This document shows positions 57,007-64,000 of a stretch of DNA of 64,000 bases, in pieces; position 1 is the first letter of the stretch; the number at the start of each line of letters is the position of its first letter. This stretch comes from an uncultured Clostridia bacterium. GTDB lineage: Bacteria > Bacillota > Clostridia > TANB77 > CAG-508. Both the position numbers and the translations under genes were made by a program. Below the pieces are notes generated by a model. It did not search any database, was not told where the DNA came from, and was given only the letters and a program-made list of their open reading frames with translations. The stretch lies in the NCBI GenBank assembly GCA_934154515.1, contig CAKPGD010000001.1, positions 2,809 to 66,808 of the forward strand, read 5' to 3'.

Positions 57007-59367
57007 TTAGTTTATTATTTCTAAACCAGCAAATTTTGCCATTAAACGTTTATGTCCTACTTTATCGAAGTTGATGTCGACTTTAGCATCATCTCCTTCT
57101 TGTTCTACATAATTTATCGTTCCTTCTCCAAACTTTTTATGATATACTCTTTGTCCTGCTTCATATTTTGATATATCTGTTTTTTCTTCTTTTTTATTTA
57201 AAGAATTTAAGAAACTTTCTGCAGTTCTAAAGGCAAAACCTGTAGTTGTATCCACTTTTTTTGCAGAACCTGTTGATAAGTTATTTGGTGTAGATGCTGC
57301 AACATAACTTGAAGATGGGTCTTCAAATTTATATGTTTTAACTTTTCCAGAATAATTTGTTCCATAACTCCATCCATAGTTTGAGTCTTCAAAATTATCA
57401 AATGAATTGCTATCTGATTTTGCAATTTCTTCATATCCATCTAGTAAATCTTCTGGTATTTCTTTTACAAATCTAGATATTGAATTATAGCTTGTTGAGC
57501 CGAATATAGTTCTATGTTTTGCACAAGTTATGTATAAATATTGTTTTGCTCTTGTTATTCCTACATAAAATAGACGTCTTTCTTCTTCTAATTCTTTAGG
57601 CTCTCCTATTGATTTATAACCTGGGAATATTCCTTCTTCCATTCCTACTAGGAATACTACTGGGAATTCTAGTCCTTTTGCACTGTGAAGCGTCATTAAA
57701 GTAACCATATCATCTGTTTCTTCTAAATTGTCTATATCACTTGATAGTGTAATTCCTTCTAAGAAGTCATTTAATGTATTTTCTGCTTCTTGTTTTTCAA
57801 ATTCCATTGCTACTGTCATTAATTCTTCCAAGTTTTCTATTCTACTTTCAGCTTCAATTGTGTTTTCTAATTCTAATGCTTTTGTATATCCAGATTCTCT
57901 TAGTACTTCCGTTAATAGCTCTGAAACTGAAAGTGAATCTTTCTTTTCTTGCATTTCGTCTATTAATTTTACAAAATCTCTTGAATTTGCAAAAACTCTG
58001 TTTAGAGCATATTTATCCGCATTTTTTATTATCTCATACATTAAAACTCCACTGTTTTCAGATAGTTCTTGTATATTGTCTAGGCTTGTCTTTCCAATTC
58101 CACGTTTTGGCTCATTTATTACTCTTTTTAAAGCGATATTATCTGACGTATTTGCTATTAATCTTAGGTAGCTAAGTGCATCTTTTATTTCTTTTCTTTC
58201 ATAGAATTTTAGTCCTCCAATTACTTTGTATGGAATACCTTCTCTATTTAAAATATCTTCTATTGCTCTTGATTGAGAGTTCATTCTATATAGTACTGAA
58301 AAATCTGAATATTTATAGTATTCTTCTGTTTTTAAATGATTTATTTGTTCTACTATATATCTTGCTTCATCATATTCGTCGTCACCTTTATAAATGCAAG
58401 GTAGCTTTCCTTCATCATTTTCTGTCCATAGTTTTTTGTCATATTTATTCTCGTTATGCTTTATTACTGCATTTGCTGCTTTTAATATATTTCCTGTACA
58501 TCTGTAATTTTGTTCTAGTTTTATAATTTTTGTTCCAGGAAAGTCTTTTTCGAAGTTTAAGATATTTGTTATATCTGCCCCTCTAAAGCTATAAATTCCT
58601 TGGTCATTATCTCCTACAACTGTTATGTTTCCGTAGTAAGATGCAAGCATTGTTACTAATGTAAATTGAGCCTTATTGGTATCTTGGTATTCATCTACCA
58701 AAACATATTTGAATTTTTGTGAATAATATTCTAATACATCTTGATTTTCTGCTAATATTTTTATTGTGTAATTTATAATGTCATCAAAATCTATTGCATT
58801 ATTTTCTTTTAGACGTTTTTGATATAAACTATATATTTCTGCAATTTTACTTTTTCTAAAGTCTCCATCATATTTTACTGCATATGCCTTTGGCTCTAGC
58901 ATTTCATTTTTTGCATTGCTAATTTCTGATAAAACACTTCTATCTGAAAATGTTTTATCATCTATATTTAACGTTTTTAAGCACTCTTTCATTAATGTTT
59001 TTTGGTCTGAAGTATCAAATATTATAAATGATGATTCAAAACCTATTCTATCTATAAATTTTCTTAGTATACGCACACAAATAGAGTGGAACGTTCCTAT
59101 CCACATATCTTTTACTGCATCTCCTACTAAGTTTTCTATTCTTTCTTTCATTTCATTTGCTGCTTTATTTGTAAAAGTTATTGCAAGTATATTCCATGGA
59201 AGTACCTTTTTTTCTGACATTAAATATGCTATTTTGTGTGTTAATACTTTTGTTTTTCCACTTCCTGCCCCTGCAATTACCAAACATGGTCCTTCTGTGT
59301 TTAATACAGCTTCCTTTTGTTTATCATTTAATCCTTCTATCAATTCTTGCATTTTGATTTTCTCCAT
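57007..59367 (-). CDS. pcrA: ATP-dependent DNA helicase PcrA (UvrD/Rep superfamily 1)
   Basis: 786 aa. Walker A AGAGSGKT. Motifs DEYQDTN, GDNDQGIYSFRGA, VLYR..Q. Helicase C-terminal motifs. Confidence 0.85.
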   Translation of the reverse strand: MEKIKMQELIEGLNDKQKEAVLNTEGPCLVIAGAGSGKTKVLTHKIAYLMSEKKVLPWNILAITFTNKAANEMKERIENLVGDAVKDMWIGTFHSICVRILRKFIDRIGFESSFIIFDTSDQKTLMKECLKTLNIDDKTFSDRSVLSEISNAKNEMLEPKAYAVKYDGDFRKSKIAEIYSLYQKRLKENNAIDFDDIINYTIKILAENQDVLEYYSQKFKYVLVDEYQDTNKAQFTLVTMLASYYGNITVVGDNDQGIYSFRGADITNILNFEKDFPGTKIIKLEQNYRCTGNILKAANAVIKHNENKYDKKLWTENDEGKLPCIYKGDDEYDEARYIVEQINHLKTEEYYKYSDFSVLYRMNSQSRAIEDILNREGIPYKVIGGLKFYERKEIKDALSYLRLIANTSDNIALKRVINEPKRGIGKTSLDNIQELSENSGVLMYEIIKNADKYALNRVFANSRDFVKLIDEMQEKKDSLSVSELLTEVLRESGYTKALELENTIEAESRIENLEELMTVAMEFEKQEAENTLNDFLEGITLSSDIDNLEETDDMVTLMTLHSAKGLEFPVVFLVGMEEGIFPGYKSIGEPKELEEERRLFYVGITRAKQYLYITCAKHRTIFGSTSYNSISRFVKEIPEDLLDGYEEIAKSDSNSFDNFEDSNYGWSYGTNYSGKVKTYKFEDPSSSYVAASTPNNLSTGSAKKVDTTTGFAFRTAESFLNSLNKKEEKTDISKYEAGQRVYHKKFGEGTINYVEQEGDDAKVDINFDKVGHKRLMAKFAGLEIIN

Positions 59368-59492
59368 TTCTTATTGACGTATTTTATAATTTTGTTCATA
59401 ACATATTTAGTCTATACTATTTTTTCTCACTTGTCTAGCGAACATTTAATTTTTTACTAAAAATTAGTTTGCATTTTTTGGAGATTTATTTT

Positions 59493-59957
59493 TTAGAATT
59501 TATTTTTTATTATATAAATAATTTTTTCTAAGCATACTTCTATTTCTTCAGCACAATTTTGGTATACGTTCATGTCATATCCCCATGGATCTTTTATATC
59601 CATATCTTGTCCATTTTTATCTAATTTTGCATATTCCTTCATTGTAAATACTTTTTCTTTTAGTTTTGGATATAAATATAATACTGTTTCTTTGTGTGAT
59701 TCTGTTGCACAAAGTATAATATCCATTTCTTCTATTTTTGAATTTTTTATATTTGTTGCTCTATGTTCTTCTATATTTACATCATAATATTTTGCCGCTT
59801 CTATTGCATTATAAGTTGCATAGTCGCCATCTTCAGCATATATTCCACATGAATATATATCTAAATCTAACTTGTTATCTTTTGCCAACTTTTTCATCAT
59901 TCCTTCTGCCATTGCGCTCCTGCATATATTACCTGTACATATAAACATTATTTTCAT
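59493..59957 (-). CDS. Low-molecular-weight protein-tyrosine phosphatase
   Basis: 154 aa. CTGNICRS P-loop at the N-terminus and a DPW-type Asp loop. Confidence 0.8.
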   Translation of the reverse strand: MKIMFICTGNICRSAMAEGMMKKLAKDNKLDLDIYSCGIYAEDGDYATYNAIEAAKYYDVNIEEHRATNIKNSKIEEMDIILCATESHKETVLYLYPKLKEKVFTMKEYAKLDKNGQDMDIKDPWGYDMNVYQNCAEEIEVCLEKIIYIIKNKF

Positions 59958-60027
59958 TTGCTTTTCCTCCTATTTCTTTTGTATTATATCAGTTTTATAA
60001 TTATATGCCAATACTTTTATCTAATCT

Positions 60028-60066
60028 AAGCGGAACTAAATTGGCCTGACCCAAATAGTTCCGCTT
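60028..60066 (-). other. GC-rich extended stem-loop immediately after the zupT stop codon (no U-tract)
   Basis: 11-bp perfect stem aagcggaacta/tagttccgctt. The inner stem can extend (ttgg/ccaa) around a GUCAGG loop. Confidence 0.5.
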
Positions 60067-60805
60067 ATAGACTCATTGCTATCATTCCAAGTAAAAAGCC
60101 AAATATGTTTCCTATGGCCGTTAATTTACCATTATATAAACTGTTTGATTCTGGTATTAATTCTCCTGAAACTATGTATAACATTGCTCCTGCTGCAAAA
60201 CTTAAGCATATTGCTATTACGTTTTGAGAGATTCCTCCAACTAGTGCTCCAAAGAATGCTCCTATTCCTGTTGTTACCCCAGATAATATAACATAAAAGA
60301 CTACCTTTATTGGATTCATTCCTCCATTTTTCATTGGAACTGCCATACTTATTCCTTCTGGTATGTCATGTAAGCATATTGCTATTGCAAGTGAATATCC
60401 TAATGTTAGTGATGCTCCAAAACCTGAGCCTATTGCTAAACCTTCTGGAAAATTATGAAGAGCTAATCCTATGCTTACTATTATTCCTGTTTTTAATAAA
60501 GAATTATTATTGAATCTTTTGTTTTTTAAACTAAATTTATTTTCTACTAATATATCACATAATATCATAATTATTATTCCTGCGATAATTCCTATAAGTA
60601 CGCTAAATATATTTGATATTTCCATTGCTTCTGGTATTAAGTCGAAACATACTATTGCAAGCATTAATCCTGATGCAAATGATAATATAGAGCTAAGAAA
60701 TTTGTTAGATGTTTTTTTAAAGCATACTCCTATTATTCCTCCTATTGTTGTTCCAAATGTTCCAAAAAATAATCCTATTAACGTTGTTTTTAATATTTCA
60801 TTCAA
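60065..60805 (-). CDS. zupT: ZIP family zinc transporter ZupT
   Basis: 246 aa. HNFPEGLAIG and HDIPEGISMA signature motifs. TTG start with AAGGGGTG RBS. Confidence 0.85.
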   Translation of the reverse strand: MNEILKTTLIGLFFGTFGTTIGGIIGVCFKKTSNKFLSSILSFASGLMLAIVCFDLIPEAMEISNIFSVLIGIIAGIIIMILCDILVENKFSLKNKRFNNNSLLKTGIIVSIGLALHNFPEGLAIGSGFGASLTLGYSLAIAICLHDIPEGISMAVPMKNGGMNPIKVVFYVILSGVTTGIGAFFGALVGGISQNVIAICLSFAAGAMLYIVSGELIPESNSLYNGKLTAIGNIFGFLLGMIAMSL

Positions 60806-60902
60806 ATTAAAACACCCCTTAAAAATAAACTTTTTATTAGTTTATTTTTAAGAAGTGTGATTTATTCTTTTTATTTATTTTCTTTGCATTTTACAAGATT
60901 TT

Positions 60903-61964
60903 TTATTCTTCTTCACCTTTTAGTCTTTCTGCTCTATCTGCTGCTATTAGGTTATCTATCATTTCATCTAAGTTTCCGTTTAGGAAATCTTCAAATTGAT
61001 ATACGTTCATTCCTATTCTATGGTCTGTTATACGACCTTGTGGATAGTTGTATGTACGTATTTTTTCGCTTCTGTCTCCAGAACCTACTTGACTCTTTCT
61101 TTCATTTGCTATTGCACTATCTCTTTTTTGTCTTTCTACTTCATATAATCTTGAACGAAGAAGCCTCATTGCATATTCTCTATTTTGTACTTGTGAACGT
61201 TCTGTTTGACATTCCGCTACTATTCCTGTTGGAACGTGTATTAATCTTACTGCTGATGATGTTTTGTTTACGTGTTGTCCACCAGCTCCTGAAGCTCTAT
61301 ACACTTCTAACTTTATATCTGCTGGGTTTATATCTATTTCAACATCTTCTACTTCTGGAAGAACTGCAACTGTTGCTGTTGAAGTATGAATTCTACCGCT
61401 ACTTTCTGTGTCTGGTACACGTTGTACTCTGTGTACACCGCTTTCGAATTTTAGTCTACTATATGCCCCTTTTCCTGTTATCATAAAAGATATTTCTTTA
61501 TATCCTCCAAGTTCTGTTGCATTTTCGTTTACTACTTCTAATTTCCAATGTTTTCTTTCTGCATACATTGAATACATTCTAAATAATGTTGCTGCAAATA
61601 GGGCTGCTTCTTCTCCACCTGCTCCTCCACGGATTTCACAAATAACGTTTTTATCATCATCTGGGTCTTTTGGAATTAAAAGTATTTTTAGTTCTTCTTC
61701 TATTTTTGGCATAGCTTCTTTATTTGCAAGCATCTCTTCTTCTGCTAAATCTTTCATTTCTGGGTCGTTCATCATTTCTTTTGCTTCTTCATATGCTTGC
61801 TTTGCTTTTTTATATTCTCTATATTTTTCAACTATTGGTTCTAATTCTGCATGTTCTTTCATATATTCACGCCATTCGTTTGTTCTTGATATTACTTCTG
61901 GGTCACTTATTTTTTGTGTTAATTCTTCATAACGTTTTTCTACAGTTTCTAATTTATCAAACAT
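60903..61964 (-). CDS. prfA: Peptide chain release factor 1
   Basis: 353 aa. GGQHVN motif, RF1-type P(D)T tripeptide context ([17 protein letters not shown]). Length typical of RF1. Confidence 0.9.
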   Translation of the reverse strand: MFDKLETVEKRYEELTQKISDPEVISRTNEWREYMKEHAELEPIVEKYREYKKAKQAYEEAKEMMNDPEMKDLAEEEMLANKEAMPKIEEELKILLIPKDPDDDKNVICEIRGGAGGEEAALFAATLFRMYSMYAERKHWKLEVVNENATELGGYKEISFMITGKGAYSRLKFESGVHRVQRVPDTESSGRIHTSTATVAVLPEVEDVEIDINPADIKLEVYRASGAGGQHVNKTSSAVRLIHVPTGIVAECQTERSQVQNREYAMRLLRSRLYEVERQKRDSAIANERKSQVGSGDRSEKIRTYNYPQGRITDHRIGMNVYQFEDFLNGNLDEMIDNLIAADRAERLKGEEE

Positions 61965-61996
61965 AAATATTCTCCTTTTTTATTTAATCCTATGGT

Positions 61997-62025
61997 ATTA
62001 TACTACATTTTTTTATTTTATTCAA
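61997..62025 (-). promoter_or_regulatory. prfA sigmaA promoter: -35 TTGAAT, 17-bp spacer, -10 TATAAT, followed by AAGGAG RBS
   Basis: Read on the minus strand upstream of the prfA ATG. Confidence 0.5.
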
Positions 62026-62029
62026 TAGG

Positions 62030-62058
62030 AAAAACCGCTGTTTAGCGGTTTTCTTTTT
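62030..62058. terminator. Bidirectional rho-independent terminator (aaaaaccgct-gttt-agcggtttt) downstream of the SbcC-like gene
   Basis: GC-rich 9-bp stem with A-runs and T-runs on both sides. Confidence 0.75.
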
Positions 62059-62201
62059 ACAATTTTAATATTTCAATTATTTTCTTTTTGTATATATTTA
62101 TAATTGAAAAACAAGTTATAATTGCATTTGCAATTTCAAACCATCAATATTTTATACTTACGATAGCTTTCTTATTATATCCTGTATCTTTTTAGATTCT
62201 A

Positions 62202-64000
62202 TTATAAATTCACTAAATTATATTTAATGTTTTCTTTGTCTAATATCTCCACTTCTCTGTTAGTACATGTAAATATGATTATTTGATTATTTTCATACTC
62301 TTTGCTTATATATGTAAGAACATTTTTTAATCTTTCTTCATCATAATATGCAAATGCTTCGTCTAAAATTATTGGCATACTTTCTTCTGATATTTCTTTC
62401 ATTGCCCCAAATCTTAATGATATGTATAGTTGATCTATAGTTCCTATGCTTAATTTTTCTGCATTTACATATTCTCCGTTTTCCTTTTCTACTATTATTC
62501 CTTCTTCATCATTTATTCTTACTTTTTTATATTTTTCATTTGAAATTTTTGCAACACTTTTAGATAAATTTTCTGTAAATTTAGGAGTTATATTTTCTTT
62601 CATTTTTGTATATGCTAACTCTAAAACTTTTTTTGCGAGTTCAAAGCTTTCATTGTATTTTAGAAGTTCTTGTTCTTTTTCGTTTAACTCTTGTAGTCTT
62701 TCTTCCATACTTGCCATTTTTTCAAGCTTTGGCATTATATTATTTTTATCTATTTCTAATGAATGTAGTTGTAATTTATTATTATTTATTTGAGTTTGTA
62801 GTGCATCTATTTGATATGAAATATTATCTTTTAAATTTATATTTATTTTATGTTTTTGAGTTAGCTCTTTTTGCTTTGTCTCTACCTTTATATTAAGTAT
62901 ATTTTTATTATTTTGTATTTCTTCCTGCTTTTCTTGAATTGATTTTTCTAGTAAATCTATTTGTGTATTGACTCTTTCTAAATCATTTTTTTGTTCATCT
63001 ATTTTATTTTTATATTCTTCTTTTTGTTTTCTTATTTTATTTTCGTTTTCCTTTAATTTTCTTCTGTTTTTTATTATTTTTGTTATAAGAATAATAAAAT
63101 CAATAATACTAATTCCTAAAAATATTGCCATAACAGGAATGTTTTTTATAAAAACAATTGTTAAAATTATTGTTATTATAAAAATTATTATTGGTAAACT
63201 ATTTTTAGATTTTTTTATTTGTTTTTCTTCTACATTTATTTTTTCTATTTCTTTAATATTTTCTCTTATTGTTTCTTTTTGTAACTTTAGTTCGTTTACT
63301 TTTTCTCTTTCTGTATTTATCATTTTTTCATTTAAGTTTATTTTTTCTTGTTCTATTTTTTCTTCGTCTTGTAGTTGTTTAAATTCTTTTAAGACTATTA
63401 ATTTGTTTTCATCTTGTGCTATATTTGATTCTAAGTTATTTTTATTTTCTTCTATTTCATACCTTTTATCTTTAAATTCTTCTAGCTCTCCTATTTCATC
63501 TTGTAATTTAAATTGTTCTTCCTTTACTACATTAATTGGTCTTCCTGAACTTCTTAATGTTCCTATTTCTTCTATTTGTTTTTTATTTATTTTTTCTAAT
63601 GCTTTTTTATATGATACATTGTCTTCCCCAGTTCCTGCTAGGTTGGCTATTTTTTGTATTAATATATTTTGCTCGTTTTTTTCTAGTTTTACTTCTGTTT
63701 GCATTGAAGCAAAAGTAGATAAAAATGTTGCTTCATCTACTTTTGTTTGTTCTGTAAAGAACATATTTCCATTAGTTTTATCTATAGTAAATTCTTTTGA
63801 AATATCATTTAATTCTTCATCATAAATTTTAGGTGATTTTTTATCAAATTCTCTAAATATTTCATATTTTCTACCGTTATCTAACTCATATACCATTTTA
63901 CCTAAATATTCTTTTCCACTCCATGGCTTGAATCTATCATAATCTGAAAAGTTTTTTCCTCTTTTATTATGGCTTACACCATAAAACATACTTGCTATAA
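62202..64000 (-). CDS. SbcC/Rad50-like coiled-coil AAA ATPase (C-terminal part; N-terminus with Walker A lies beyond the window edge)
   Basis: Long coiled-coil region. TM pair. C-terminal signature and Walker B/D-loop (MPIILDEAFAYYDEERL). The frame is open to the window end. Confidence 0.6.
   Translation of the reverse strand, partial: IASMFYGVSHNKRGKNFSDYDRFKPWSGKEYLGKMVYELDNGRKYEIFREFDKKSPKIYDEELNDISKEFTIDKTNGNMFFTEQTKVDEATFLSTFASMQTEVKLEKNEQNILIQKIANLAGTGEDNVSYKKALEKINKKQIEEIGTLRSSGRPINVVKEEQFKLQDEIGELEEFKDKRYEIEENKNNLESNIAQDENKLIVLKEFKQLQDEEKIEQEKINLNEKMINTEREKVNELKLQKETIRENIKEIEKINVEEKQIKKSKNSLPIIIFIITIILTIVFIKNIPVMAIFLGISIIDFIILITKIIKNRRKLKENENKIRKQKEEYKNKIDEQKNDLERVNTQIDLLEKSIQEKQEEIQNNKNILNIKVETKQKELTQKHKININLKDNISYQIDALQTQINNNKLQLHSLEIDKNNIMPKLEKMASMEERLQELNEKEQELLKYNESFELAKKVLELAYTKMKENITPKFTENLSKSVAKISNEKYKKVRINDEEGIIVEKENGEYVNAEKLSIGTIDQLYISLRFGAMKEISEESMPIILDEAFAYYDEERLKNVLTYISKEYENNQIIIFTCTNREVEILDKENIKYNLVNL

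Overview
This is a low-GC (AT-rich) Firmicutes chromosomal segment, probably a spore-forming Clostridium-like organism. Nearly all genes are on the minus strand. Conserved housekeeping and sporulation genes sit at both ends. On the left: a partial copA-type P-type ATPase, yabE-like 3D-domain protein, tatD, acpS and spoIIE. On the right: minC, PBP2, mreDCB, radC, mecA, an M23 peptidase, cotF-like genes, pcrA, an LMW-PTP, zupT, prfA and a partial SbcC-like ATPase. A roughly 34 kb accessory block (about 11.6-46.4 kb) lies between them and is the most interesting part. It holds a four-gene, tightly spaced, co-directional run. The run is a dimodular NRPS ending in a thioester reductase (C-A-T-C-A-T-R, predicted N-acyl dipeptide aldehyde or pyrazinone), then a 7TM sensor histidine kinase, then a REC-HD-GYP c-di-GMP phosphodiesterase, then a 2799-aa GT84/GH94 protein resembling cyclic beta-1,2-glucan synthase. 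This run is flanked by a REC-GGDEF regulator with a variant GGDDF motif and a frameshifted cwlD-like amidase. Further on are two adjacent giant CnaB/SdrD-like surface adhesins (1636 and 1666 aa) that share an unusual C-terminal anchor. Other notable items are a trio of paralogous proteins with non-canonical pilin-like N-termini, an Rpn-family PD-(D/E)XK nuclease/transposase, an in-frame 15-nt tandem repeat in the glucan synthase gene, several rho-independent terminators, and minC lacking minD/minE. No rRNA, tRNA or CRISPR array was seen.
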